DNA of 64,000 bases from Chrysomallon squamiferum. Taxonomy: Eukaryota; Animalia; Mollusca. Of the stretch, positions 30,766-43,900 are shown in pieces. The stretch spans positions 3,720,001 through 3,784,000 of the forward strand of contig CM022670.1 of assembly GCA_012295275.1 (NCBI GenBank). The letters run 5' to 3'. Made by a program: the position numbers and the translations under genes. The notes under the pieces are model-generated. The model saw only the letters and a program-made list of their open reading frames with translations. It did no database searches and was not told the DNA's origin. The number at the start of each line of letters is the position of its first letter. Position 1 is the first letter of the stretch.

Positions 30766-32619
30766 TCCTAACTCAGATTTAAATATATACAGTCTGTAAG
30801 TATTTGCAATAATTAACAAAGGACTGTTTTTCTTTTTCTCACCTTTCTTTCTTTTACTGATTCACTCATCAACTCAGAATTTTTTGAAATTTATAAAAAC
30901 GACATATTCTTTGAAAGAAAGAAACCATTTTTTTCTATTGCACCAAACTTTACCAAAAATATTAACGAAACAAATTAATTTGATACCTACAGTAGAATAT
31001 AAAGCCAAGGAACATAACAAAAAAAAAAAAAAAAACCCAAAACACCCAACAACAACAACAACAAAACAACAACAAACAAACAAAAATATATTCAGCATGG
31101 CACATGTACTATGTTCTTCGAAAGAGGTTACGAACTAAAAACAGCCTAATCACGTTTTCTGTGAAGAGATCTAATCCAATCACACTTCTAGGAGTCTAAC
31201 ATGTAAACAATACCTGGTGGTCACGATTCACAATTTGACAGAAGTGTAGGAAACAAGGGCATTTGGTTATAACTGTCTAACAGCGTGCGTGTTACCGCGG
31301 ACCCTCTTGAAAGGTTTTCCGTGTTTGAACGCGCCTGCCCCGATATCGAAGTCGTGTTGAGCAAGCGAGGACTCGCGGTAATGAACGGCCTGCTAATACG
31401 ACTGTTAATACACAGAAAACCCAGAACTGCATTAACAAAAGGTTCTGGTGGATGTACTGGAATAAACATTCTGTTCAAGGTAACTGCAGAAGTGTGTAAA
31501 TTGTGTATGCTTACTCGAAAAAGAAAAGAAAAGAAAGAAATATAATATATATAAACAAAATAAAATAAAATAAAATAAAATAAAATAAAATAAAATAAAT
31601 AAATAAATAAATAAATAGAGACAAAGGCTGGAATAGCATGCCAAGTAGCAATACAGAACTGATAGAATGAGGAGGCAGAGAGACGAAAAGGAAAATACGC
31701 ACAGAAAATTGCCGTCTGCTTCCTGCTTTTAACGCCACCCACACAGACGAGAGCTTTTATTTTTTGTTTTTATTTTATTTTTTATTTTTTTGAAAGAAAA
31801 AATTAGTGTTAAAAATAGAACTCGGTTTATTACATTTATTAGATATATTATAATTTACTGGACGTTTCTTGTTGGTATTGTAAACAGCTTACTAGCCATA
31901 AATAATTTTAACGTATATATATTTTATTTTGATTTTTTGTTCATATGAGTTCGATATAGTTAGAGATTTTGATGACATTTTAAAGAGAGGCAGGTAGACA
32001 CGTTTCATTTCTAAAATCAGCAGTAAACAATTTACACAGTTAAATATATATGGATAGGAGGACGGGGACTATGTTATGTGGAATGCGAACTTAGACGTAT
32101 TATTGGAATTCTTTTTCAGTTTTTAATCCTTCAAGAACTACATTAACAATCATTCCGTTTACAAACATCATCATAAATAATGTACAGGACATAACAGTTA
32201 AATATCATAACTCATCACATCGCATCGTTTCCGTGCATATTACACAAGTTCATATACGTACACCATCCACATATCATGTCATCTCTGTTCATTCCACCGA
32301 CGCCAGGATCTTTATCGATATAAGATACTTCTCTGGATAACATTAACTTTTATGGGAAACCATTAAATTAGTAACAGTCTCCGAATAACGGGTTTTCTTG
32401 TCCCAAACTCGCGGACATCTTCATCGAGTCTGATTGGAATTCGTTGATGGGGCTTATTGCCATAATTTTAGCAAGATTAGGTGTAATGCATAAAAAGTAA
32501 CAAAAGCAGATCGACTCCTTCATGTTGATGACCAGATGGCTAATTGCTTCAAATGGCTGACGTCTTTTACAGCTGATTAGGTCCAAGTATTTCATAGGTC
32601 GAGGACAGGATTTGTTCCC

Positions 32620-32700
32620 TACCAGTCTCGGTATATCAGTGATTTTACGCTATAAAAATATGGGATCGGAGATTCTAGGATCGCTTCCCAGTACCACCTT
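32620..32700 (+). mobile_element. Possible decayed tRNA-SINE head of a second family
   Basis: ACCAGTCTCGGTATATCAGTGA...AGGATCGCTTCCCAGTACC has A-box/B-box-like spacing. A similar A-box-like start, TGGTACAGTGGCTAG, occurs at ~27240. Confidence 0.25.
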
Positions 32701-33064
32701 ACTGCCTGAATCTAAATGTAGGTGGAGGTAGGAATCTAATATCTACAGTTTGTTGATGGTTTAAAGATAACACCAATAGTGATTTTTTTTTTTTTTTTTT
32801 TTTTTTTGTATTGTACGTAAGTAATCCTCTAAGTTCGTGAACCTTTTGCTGATGGAAACTTGACAGAAATGGTTGAATCAATTATTTATGATCTGTCTAG
32901 AATCCATCTCCCAGAAGGAAGGCAGCAAATATTAACAACATTTATATTAGTCGCTTCTGTTTTTGTGTGCGATAATTATTTAACCCTGCATATGAAACAT
33001 TTTATAAACAGCTCCCTAAAAAAAGCCAGCAAATACTAACTATATCCACAACATTTTTTTGTTG

Positions 33065-33391
33065 TTATTGTTGTTGTTTGTTTGTTGTTGTTTTTTTACC
33101 AGAATTCGTTTTCACGGGCATGTAACCGTGTTTCAAATGGATGAATGATTGATTCATGATCTGTCTCGATCTTCCCAGAGGGAAGTCAGCGAACGAGGAT
33201 TCGATGTGACCTTCAGCAGAAGAAACATATTTCAGAGGGTTTGATAAAATTATGTTAGCTGCATCGTCAACTGAACCGTGGCCGGGCACGTCAGAATAGT
33301 TCGAGATAACCGATGGACGTCGCACATCATCATCTGGGAAACGACGGAGACGACGTCCGCTGAGACGATGGGAAAATGAAATGAGCGAGCA
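33065..33391 (-). other. Candidate alternative (terminal) exon inside the GABA-B intron
   Basis: A long polypyrimidine tract ends in TTTTCCAG|TGC at 33392/33391. It is phase 0 and in frame with exon 1, and opens 108 codons (CSLISFSHRLSGRRLRRFPDDDVRRPSVISNYSDVPGHGS...). No homology recognised. Confidence 0.25.
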
Positions 33392-33953
33392 CTGGAAAAC
33401 ACGCATGTGACAGAGGACAGAGCAAGAAAGTGAGAGAGGAAAAATATGGAAACAAGATGCTGCTCCCCTAGAGCCGTTGATCTGAATCAGTTAACATGTA
33501 AAAGAATTCACTTTCTTTATGTACCAGTGTTTATTGTATAATCATCGCCATCATAACAATAAATAGTAGTGGTAGTTGTAGTAGAAGTGGCAGCAACAGC
33601 AGCAGCAGTAGAAGTATCAGTAGTAGTAATAGTTGTAGCAGTTGTTGTACTAGTAGCAGTAGCAGCAATAATAATATATTAAATAATCGTTTATTTTTAT
33701 TCTTATTTAATTTATTTAAGTTGCTCTGTTATCCACGCAGTTTTACGGAGTAGTTAAATGACAAGTTGCAGTTGAAATAATATTGCCGAACTTCGTATTA
33801 AAATATCTTACAATCAACTAATGAAATAACTTCTGCATTTTTAAAACTCTTTTTTCTGATTAAAACTAAGTTATCCGATTACCGAAAAATATCAACTTTA
33901 ATTTAATCAGCAGATAGTCATAAAATGAAATTTGATTTGAAATTCATATACGT

Positions 33954-33992
<39 letters not shown>

Positions 33993-34302
33993 ACCTGTCT
34001 ATCAAATGATACTTAACATGATTGCTTTCGTATATTTTTATGTCTATCCTATTCAAAGTTTTTTGTTCACTATGGAGGAGTTTGACTTGTATTAGTCTGA
34101 ATCAGCAATCATAGCTGATTTTTTTACACTTCAGAAAAGGATCAAATTCATCATTTTAAAAAGAGGCATGTCATTATCGTGATGAGTTTCAAGATGAAAT
34201 GGAGAGAAAATAAAGTCGGCAAAACATGACATTAAAATGTATGAGGTGCGTCCCTCCTTCAGGATCCAAATTAGATAATAGTATAGAGCCTCATCTAAAT
34301 GC

Positions 34303-34323
34303 ATAATAATAATAATAATAATA

Positions 34324-34377
<54 letters not shown>
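34303..34377. repeat. Abutting (AAT)n/(ATT)n palindromic microsatellite
   Basis: ATAATAAT...AATT...ATTATTAT with its centre at 34323-34326; perfect arms of about 22 nt. Confidence 0.9.
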
Positions 34378-34664
34378 ACAAAGGTATCTAAAATTCCAAA
34401 GCAATATTTGTATCTTTGCTATTTAATGTTTGAGCCTCGGAATTACATTGACAGTGATCTTTATTTTTCTTTTCTGTTTTATTATTTTATCTCAGTTAAT
34501 ATGGAACGTAAATTAACACATCTTTCAGCTCTTAAAAACACTTGTTATTTGTCTGTGCAGTGCTTACGTTAAACACACCCTTTGTACACAGTAATAACAA
34601 GGATTGGTTTCTAATTAGTTCCGTGCTAAGCTAATAAAGCAAGATATGCGAAATTCTCTCTTAC

Positions 34665-35362
34665 CTTTGTGTCGTTGAACAAAAGTTCCAGCTCGTACCC
34701 GGGAATTACGTGCATTTTGTTCACGTGCTGCACGGCTAGCAGAGCCGCATCGAGTTCCGACCGTCCGTTCGCCTCGTGCTCGTTTCCAGACAGTTCAAAC
34801 AGTCCTCCGATGTACAGTTTATTTTTCCTGCGATGATTTTTGCGTTTTAAGTGTTTATTTTTGTTCGTTTTCTTCGCGTGTGTTTTGCCCCTCATATGTC
34901 CGTTGAAAAGTTTCTTTTCGTTAGTTAAAAAAGTTGGATGAATTTTGTTCTCGTCGTGTTTGAACGAGTTCTGTTTGTTTGACGCGTTGGTAAACTGGTG
35001 AAACTGGGTTTGGTGAAAAACGTCAGTGGCAGTTTGCTCGAGGTTTGGTTTCTGCTTTTAAGAAAGGCCTTACTTTTAACGTGGTCTACAGATTTAAGTT
35101 TGAGTTCTTTGTTGGTTTTGTATTTATTTTTGTACTTGGTGTTGACTTTATCTGCCAGTGCGCTGAACCGATCATCCATTTTGTCAGAGAGGGCTAAGAA
35201 ATGTCGCGAAAGTTTTTCGTTGGAGGTTTGCGAATTCTGCTTACCGAGTCCCGTCGAAAACAGATGCGTTTCCGGTATCCACATAATCCACAGGAAGCTG
35301 AACACACAGAACAATTGCGTAAATGGAAACCTGTTGACTCTGTTATCCAGTTGCACCATCAT
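34665..35362 (-). CDS. GABA-B receptor (class C GPCR, GABA-B-R3-like) coding exon 1: signal peptide, K/N-rich N-terminal extension and start of the Venus flytrap domain; contains one -1 frame break in 35057-34928
   Basis: ATG at 35362 is followed by a hydrophobic stretch FPFTQLFCVFSFLWIMWIP (ORF 35362-34925). An overlapping second frame, open from 35057, reads KQKPNLEQ...HMRGK...KLYIGGLFELSGNEHEANGRSELDAALLAVQHVNKMHVIPGYELELLFNDTK. This matches the GABA-B N-terminal lobe, with GLFELS / G.SEL.AA..AV.H.N as recalled for insect GABA-B-R3. The exon ends at a canonical phase-0 donor AAG|GTAAGA (34665/34664). Confidence 0.9.
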
Positions 35363-36289
35363 GTCTTTGTGAAACGGTTAAAACACATTATTTTATTTAA
35401 TATTTATTTATATATATTTTTTTTTCACAGAACATCGTAGCTGCGAAGTAATCCTAGATAAAGACTCGATACAAAATACTTCAGTTTGTGCTCGTTTAAA
35501 CCAAACTTCCTGGAAACAAGTCCCGTTTTAATAATCCATTGAATTAAAAAGCGCCGAGGAGAAAGACTGGATCCAAAGAAAGCCATTACTTTCAAAAAGG
35601 TTTCTGTAGTTTTGTTTTTAAATTCTTTTCTGATCGAAAATTATTTATTAATGTAATTTTTATTATTATTATTATTATTATCGTTCCAAAGAGAACTGTT
35701 TTTAATAATATATTATAATACGTCTGAATATGTTTTTTCTTAATTCTTTTTAATATTTTTCTACTTCTTTAATTTTACTTCTTTTTTTCTTTTTTTCATC
35801 TAATTTTTTGGTCTTTTTTAAGTCAGATTTAAAAAGAAAAATAGAAAAGTTTACCGAGTAAATTTTCTTTTATCCATTCTGCTGCATCGTCGCATGAAAG
35901 TCTCACTTGTGACTTTCAAAAATAACGTCCACTTTCTTTTAACCTTGAAAATGTAAAAAAAAAATTAATTAAAAGAACCACTAATCCTTTTAAAAACAAA
36001 GAAATCCAGAGTTTAAAAGAGAATTTATTTCCAAATTAGACCGGCGCAAAATAGAAGTTCAAAATACTGGCTGTTTTATTTTTGCAATACCTTCTTTTAT
36101 TATTATATAAAAAAATTGTTTTCCTCTGACTAAACTTTGTATTCATAATAAGTAATGTTTCCACACAGAACCGCAGCGTAACAAAAGTCCACTGAATTGT
36201 GCAAACTCCATTTCGCCCGCCAGCTTTTGTGCTTTTTGTTGCCTTTATTGTTATCTCGCAAAGTAAATTCCTGACAGGTAACTGGTAAA

Positions 36290-36520
36290 GAAAATTGACT
36301 TTGACGCTGATGAAGGCAATCCGACTCCGTGCTCCATGCTATCACATTCTCATTGGCTGCACGGAGTCGCGACTTGTCCCGTTACATCGCGAGGAAAAGA
36401 TTGCGTCGCATTTGCCAGCGAGTCCGCGCGAATCAATCGACTGACGTCGCTCTTCGATAACGGCTAAACGGCTCCAGTCACTGAGGATAGATTCGTCTTC
36501 AGCGCAATCAACAAAAGTGT
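36290..36520 (-). promoter_or_regulatory. Candidate CpG-rich promoter of the GABA-B receptor gene
   Basis: Locally GC/CpG-rich island about 1 kb upstream of the ATG. It has a CCAAT box (ATTGG on +, 36352-36356) and a CRE-like TGACGTCG (36442-36449), and is bounded by T/A and CT runs. The TSS cannot be determined from sequence. Confidence 0.45.
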
Positions 36521-36558
36521 GTCAGATGATAATTTTTTTTTTTTTTTTTTTCATTACG

Positions 36559-36589
<31 letters not shown>

Positions 36590-36762
36590 TCTCTCTGAAA
36601 GAAAAAAAAAAAAAAAAAAAAAAAAAAGGCCACAAAAAGCCCAAAGCAGATTAGTCAACTTTCCAAAGGACTTGGGATTTCCACAGCAAAGAATGGGATT
36701 TAGTGTTGCGTTTTATAAAATTAAATGACCGTTTTAAAAAAAATATTTTTATAAATCTTGTA

Positions 36763-36826
<64 letters not shown>

Positions 36827-37062
36827 AACGTATATGACTATCACTTATCAGACACTCGCTATTTTTTCTCTATTTCTTTTCTCACTCTCTCACACTGTCA
36901 CTTCTTCTTCTTCTTCTTCTTCTTCTTCCAGAATAACTGTTCCCCCTCTCTCTCTCTCAATATCCCATTCCATCCACCGTTCCACTTCTTTTTTTTATTT
37001 CTTTTTATTTTTCTACCCTCTTTAACTATTTCCCTCCATATCTTTAACTATTTCTCTCTCCA

Positions 37063-37103
<41 letters not shown>

Positions 37104-38223
37104 TAGATCCAGATCATATTCTTTTTCATTATTTAATTACACTTTCCTAAACATCATTCAAATTCTATATAAAACATGTCTGTACACGACCTTCAGTGTT
37201 CAGTATTACTGTTATCCATATTTAATACTTAATTAACTGATTAATAAGATTTTATTAAGAAGATTAGTTTTTTAATTAGCAGTCAGTTTTACTAGTCACG
37301 TATGAAAGTAATATAATAATTACGTGTCTAAAGTAAGAGGTATCTTGTAATAATCAATACAGTGTTGTCTATTTGTAAATAATAATGATAAACGCAGGTG
37401 TCATCCTATATATATATATATCTGCTTGTATATTCTTTTCCCGAATCACCGAATATCAATAGATCTTAATATGCTTATCTTACAGATATAAGAAAATGTA
37501 CATAATTGTGTGCACTCAGAATGTTATGTTTTGTGTGTTAGGTGTGTATGTTTGTTTGTAACTAATAATCTGTGTGTCTGTGTTTGTTTGTGTGTGTTCA
37601 TATATATGTATGTATGTATCTATATATCTATCTGTATATGTATGTATGTGTGTGTGTATATATATATGTGTGTGTGTGTGTAGATAGATAAATATAGATA
37701 TATAAATGAATAAATATGTTTGTATGTATATATATAGGTAGGTAGGCAGATAGGGTAGGTGTGCATATGTGTATGTAAGTAGGAAATAGTTTTGTATGAA
37801 TGTGTCTGTATATATGTTACATATAATCATACAACACAGACACACATAAACATGATCCACTGCCTCGAATTGTCAAGAGTAAACCACATAACATAGTATC
37901 TAGACTCCATCACTTTATCATTATCACTGACGTATAATGATAATTAATGTTTAAGTATATATGTGTGGAGATGTCGCTGGGGTTTTCATGCACGTTGTAA
38001 GCAGCTGGTCTGAATTGTAAACTAATACGTCGACCTTTTTAATGAAGAGATAAGATTTGATTTCACTGGAGAATCCAATCAGACAGATCATTAATAAACT
38101 ACTGGAAGTGATCTCTTTAATGAGTTTTAATTCTACAAGGCGTTTATAATTAATGTACATATACATAGACAAATATATATATGTAGATTGATAGATATAG
38201 ATATATAAATGAATATATATGTA

Positions 38224-38259
<36 letters not shown>

Positions 38260-39027
38260 GACACACGCACACAAAAAAAAAAACAGAAAAAATATTACAT
38301 TTTATCTATGTCTGTCTACCATCCATCTATCTATCTATTCGTCTATCTGTCTGTCTATCTATCTGTAATTATTAGTATTTTACATCTTGGTTTATTAATC
38401 ATTAGTAATTTTTATTTATTTATTTATTTATTTAACTTATTTTTATTTATTATTGTTATACGTACGTAGAGACGTAAGTACAACAATAATGAATAAAAAT
38501 ACGTACATACACACATACGTAAATACACAGGCAAAAAAAAGATACATACAGTTTCTAATTATTTACTAAATATACCTTCCTACAATGATATATATTTTAG
38601 ATAGATAGTGTTTCTTAATAAGTCCAGATGATTTATGTAAGTATATTTACAATTCTTAGCATTCTTCATCAAAGAACTGTTCACATCAGTGTGATGTGGG
38701 CCTAATCTCAACTATCATTATGGATTTTTTTTTCTGTTTTTTTTGTTCGTCTTCTTTCTTTCTTTCATCATCTTTTTTTTTTTTTAATTGTTTTTATTAT
38801 TATACTTTATTTTATATACACTTCATTATGAATTGATTTTAAGTTCGAGTATATTTAACACCTACTGTGCCAAAGTCTGAAATAAACCACTGTAAGGAAC
38901 AAACACTCTAACTCTCTGATTCTAAATCTGATTCTTCTCAGAGGCGTTAGACAGTCTCACTTCAAAGTGATACCATACCATTAGCACCTGAAGTACACGT
39001 CAAGAGCTTTTCTTTTTCTCTTTTATA

Positions 39028-39058
<31 letters not shown>

Positions 39059-39088
39059 ATTTTATTTATTTATTTTTGTTTTGAAGAC

Positions 39089-39092
<4 letters not shown>

Positions 39093-39165
<73 letters not shown>

Positions 39166-39200
39166 TAGATAGAGAGATAGATAGATAGATAGATAGATAT
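39093..39200. repeat. (AG)n/(AGAT)n microsatellite
   Basis: Directly visible. Confidence 0.93.
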
Positions 39201-40649
39201 AAATAAATAATCTTGGACCATGAATAAGGTGACATTCAGAAAATAATTTCTAATCTAGTGATAATTGACTTTACAGGACAAATACCATCATGACAGCAGG
39301 ATGACGACACTCATGTAATTGTATTCAAGCGGTTGTCCACCCACATATTATGCAGTGTCGTAATTGTCCACACAGGAATAGACAAACATTAAGAAACCAG
39401 CTAACTCTTTAACTGCCGGTCTAGCGGACCCTGGGAGCTGTGCGTGACTCTCTGTCGTGTCAAAGGTAGATAATGGAGAAAAAAATATAATTAAATCGGT
39501 CAGTTTTCGAAAGATCATAACAGTCCTTTTTGCTGATTATGAGAGTAGGGTTTGATGATATTAGAAAAAAATAAAATAGGAATAATACTGATAGTTTGTA
39601 TATGGCTGATTATGGCGATAATGTGGATGGTTGCATGTTTTTCGTTATAATAATATATCCGTCAGAATAATTGCATCCTAAGTACAACCATTGATTCGAG
39701 AGGAAAATCAGACGAAGTCAAAAATGTAATACTTATAATAGCCCAAGAATCGGACATTTGCCAGTCTTCCCTTGAACAGAAGCACGTACAGATACAGGAC
39801 CTTTGTATCTGGCAAAGAAGAACGTAAAAACAACACGCACACACAACACAGTACTACTAGTACAAGACAGTAACTGTATTTTTTCTTCTTTATTATTACT
39901 GTTGTTGGTGTTGTTATTGTAATAATAATTATTAACTACAGGATTATAGCAATAATAATATAATAATACAATAATTATTGGAGATAACAAAATGGTAAAA
40001 AATATAATAATAATAATAATAATAAGATTGGCATATACAGTATATAGATCCAAGGATCTACAAAAACAAAACAAAAACAAGACAAAAAACGCATGTTCGT
40101 CATTCTTCCACTGAAACCAGTTTTAATAGTACAGACGACACTTTTTCACTTGTTTTTTTTTCTCTCTCTCTCTCTTTTACTGGACCGCGGGCAACTCTAT
40201 AGTACGCCATTTGCAGGAAGCCAGTGACAGTGATCGATCAATGAGACCCGCGGACTGTGTTGTTTGAAAGAAACTGGACAGCAGAATAATAGCTCTGATC
40301 ACGGAATGACTTCGAGTGGTATTTCACCACTGACATCACGTCGCCGGTTTTTGTTCTGTATGTGTGTGTGTGTGTGTGTGCGTGTGTGTGTGTGTGTGTT
40401 TGTGTGTGTGTCTGTATGTGTCTTTGTGCGTGTGTGTCTGTGCGCGCGCGTGTGTGTGTATATGTGTGTATGTGTGCGCGCGTGTGTGTGTCGAGTTTTA
40501 AATAACACAGGGTTAACCGTTAGTTGTTAGCAAATTGCATGATTTAATTACCGACATTTATTTAATTATTTTAACTTTTATTATTATGATTTAAATGTTT
40601 ACCTAACGAATGCCGTGTTTTCTGAGTTTAGAAATTTCGAGTATATACA

Positions 40650-40990
40650 AATGGCGTGCTTGTAGGAATGGTGTTCGGGTGTGAGTATAGCACTACGTCT
40701 TTATGTGATTATAGGTAAACGTACAAATGTGATTATAGGTCAGGCCACGTTTTTGAACATGTGAATGGCGTGCTTGTGTGAGTGTAGCAGTAACGTAAAT
40801 GTAGGAATGTAGGAATGGTGTACATGAGTGAGTGTAGGAATAACGTGGGTGTGTGACTGTAGGAATGACTTGCTTATGTGAGTTCAGGAATGGCGCTGAT
40901 AGTGTGAGTACAAAAATGACGTATATATGTGAATATGGGAATAGCGTACGTATGTGAGAACCAGGAATAGCGTAAGTGAGTGAATGTAGA
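40650..40990. repeat. Degenerate ~25-bp tandem repeat (about a dozen copies)
   Basis: Recurring GTAGGAATGGCGTGCTTATGTGAGT-like unit; the AGGAAT and GTGAG cores are spaced about 25 nt apart. Confidence 0.75.
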
Positions 40991-42294
40991 AACAGACCAA
41001 AGTTCTCTACGTTTCTTTGTTGTGATGTAACGAATTAAATGTATGTGTTTAATGTATAAATAAATGTGTCATTTGTTCATGCTCGAAAAAAAAAATCTTT
41101 TTTTTTTGTGGATTCAGTTTAAATTATTTACAAAAATAATATGTATCCAAGAAAGCAAAATCTTTTATGTTTATACAAATAAGCGAACATTTAAAAATAT
41201 TACACTACAAAACCTAAAAGAATAGCAAAGAACTGAAATCTGTCGAAGTTTGTGAAAATGAAAATTTGAGACCAGTCATTATATGTGAATTAAGTACAAA
41301 AAAAGGTTCAAGTACGTTAAAAAGTATAAGAAACAGCATAGCGTTAAGCGTGCAATTACTTCTATCACGTAGATAGCCTGGCGCGCTTTAACACAACCAG
41401 AAGAATCGAGTCACCAGACTTGTGTCTCCTTTCTTTGACATCCCGTGTAGTATTTACCTCACAGTCAAACGTAGCTGATATTTAGTGATGACGTTACAAG
41501 CTCTCGTACGGTTAGTACCTTTTTAATAATAATAATAATAATAATAAAGAAAGCGCCATCAAAGCAAAACATCTGTAGGCAATAAAATACCTAGAAGAAC
41601 ATTTGTTTTTACGCTGTAACTGTGATAAAACAATAGTGATGACGTCAAGAAGAAAAATGAGTTGATGATGAACATAATGATGACGACGATGATAATGATA
41701 ATTATGAATGTGATGATGATAAATAAAAATGAAATGGCAAGGCAAAATTTTTAAATTTAAAAATAAACATTGCTGCAAAAAAGAAAAAGGAACAGAAAGA
41801 AAAATAATGATGTTATAACGACGACTATTGTAACTATAAAGATGCTGCTGCTGCTGCTGCTGATGATGATGATGTTAATTCTCATAAATAAGATGAAAGA
41901 ATGAAGAAAAAGAGACAGAAAAAGACAGGGAAAAAATTAGGAGTATATAATTATATGTGTATGTGAGTCAGTATTCTTATGAGAAAAAAGAAATCATTGT
42001 TACCAATTGATTGCTAGTTTTTTCTTCTTTTTACGTAAGATGAATGTTTCTCAGTTGCAGATCACGAAAGCCAGAAAGTCGTTTTTCTATATAATTTACG
42101 ACTAAATGACTTGCACAGACGAATATTTTAAACTGAAAAACGTAGACTGAAAGCTTTAATACGATTAATATATTTGCAAGCGACTGTTTTATTTGTTACC
42201 GGACATTTGGTTTTGTTTCTTCTTAAAAATTAGTCTTTGTTAATAATACATATGTGACACCAAATAGCATATGGATGATGACATAAAGAGCAAA

Positions 42295-42311
<17 letters not shown>

Positions 42312-42383
<72 letters not shown>

Positions 42384-42443
42384 ATACCTATTTTTCTATT
42401 AATCTATGTCAGTCTATCTGCCTATCTATATTTGCATATAAAC

Positions 42444-42507
<64 letters not shown>
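42312..42507. repeat. Inverted microsatellite pair: (GA)n 42312-42380 and (TC)n 42447-42507
   Basis: Directly visible; 66-nt spacer. Confidence 0.93.
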
Positions 42508-42511
<4 letters not shown>

Positions 42512-43146
42512 AAGCGTACATTAAAAAGATTCTAAAAAGATTCGCCATGCACCTATTGCTTGTCGTAAATTTTACATTATCTTTAAGGTTAGGTGAAATA
42601 TAATTTAGAGTCTATAGGCAGTTATTGTTCCCTGTCAAGGTTATTCAGTTCACTCGAACCTTATTCAACAGAGGTCTGTCTTGCTGACTACATTAGCATA
42701 AATATGACCAAACAGTTTCCAGTAATGGGCTGTATTAACGGTATCTGTATTAATGTCACTTATACCATTCACTGATTGATCAAGTTCCGCGTTGTTTTAG
42801 CTGCCTGAATCCTATTTAGTGGTTCATTTATTTATATACGGGAAATGATCTATTACAATTTCGATGGGCTAATTGTATGTGTGTCTGTGTGTGTGTCTTT
42901 GTGTTTGTGTGTGTGTTGTGTGCAGATATGTAGATATGGAAGGATGGATGGATGTACGTATGTATTCAGGAATAAATGTTCTTCGTCTGATTAGACTCTG
43001 CACATAGGAAATATAGAGACAGTATTCGGGGAAGCACTGGTACAGGGAATAAGAAAAATCAAATCAAACCTCGCCACGTTCACCCGAACTCAGGACGGGT
43101 TCGACTGAAACATTCTGTTACCGAGACAAAGTGTATTCCTATGTAC

Positions 43147-43260
43147 ATGTATGTATGTATGTATGTATGTATGTATGTATGTATGTATGTATGTATGTAT
43201 GTATGTATGTATGTATGTATGTATGTATGTATGTATGTATGTATGTATGTATGTATGTAT
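43147..43260. repeat. (ATGT)n tetranucleotide microsatellite
   Basis: Directly visible; source of the MYVC-repeat ORFs. Confidence 0.95.
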
Positions 43261-43852
43261 ATATTTATGTATATGTGTTTGTGTGTGTTTTGTTTGTATG
43301 TGTGAGTGTCTCTATGTATGTACGCCCAGTGGAAGGTGAGAATATGAATGTCATAATTAATAAACTGTTGATGAATATACCATAATCATCTTCAGCATCG
43401 TTATCGACATAATTGTCATTATCATCATCATCAACATTATCATCCTTTTCAGAATTATCATTAAGACTCGCATTTGTGTTAGTGACGTAATCATTTCATT
43501 GAACCCAGTGAGCTGTGTACAAGAACTTTTAGATTCCGTGATCAAATATTAACATTATGTTATCTGACTCTAAACAAACAGTTTATTTTGTCACTGTTTA
43601 CATTTCCAAGAGGATATGTGAGCATTGTCCATTTCTTAATCCTCCATACTGCTAATATCTTCCATGCACTTTTGCAGACACAACTAGAAGAGACACAATT
43701 ACATAATTATATGTATATAATACAGAAAAGAACAACGTAATTACAGACAAAACCAAATGATGACAACCAGATGAATACGCAACCAGATGAACGCACATAC
43801 ACAAAAAATTAATTATACACCATCCTCACACGCAAATACACATACTCACCTT

Positions 43853-43900
<48 letters not shown>

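Noticed and set aside
35073-35245. Internal donors CTCG|GTAAGC (35244) and AAAA|GTAAGG (~35073) as a way to splice out the exon-1 frame break
   Set aside because: Both are phase 1. I found no phase-1 AG acceptor with a pyrimidine tract in the downstream frame before LYIGG, and exon 2 is phase 0.
34998-35440. Plus-strand ORFs 34998-35372 and 35201-35440
   Set aside because: Antisense shadows of GABA-B exon 1.
43070-43130. Possible tRNA B-box or hammerhead ribozyme (CTCAGGACGGGTTCGACTGAAAC)
   Set aside because: No cloverleaf. The hammerhead core CUGANGA is mismatched and stem II does not pair. The other CTGATGA sites I checked lack a properly placed GAAA.
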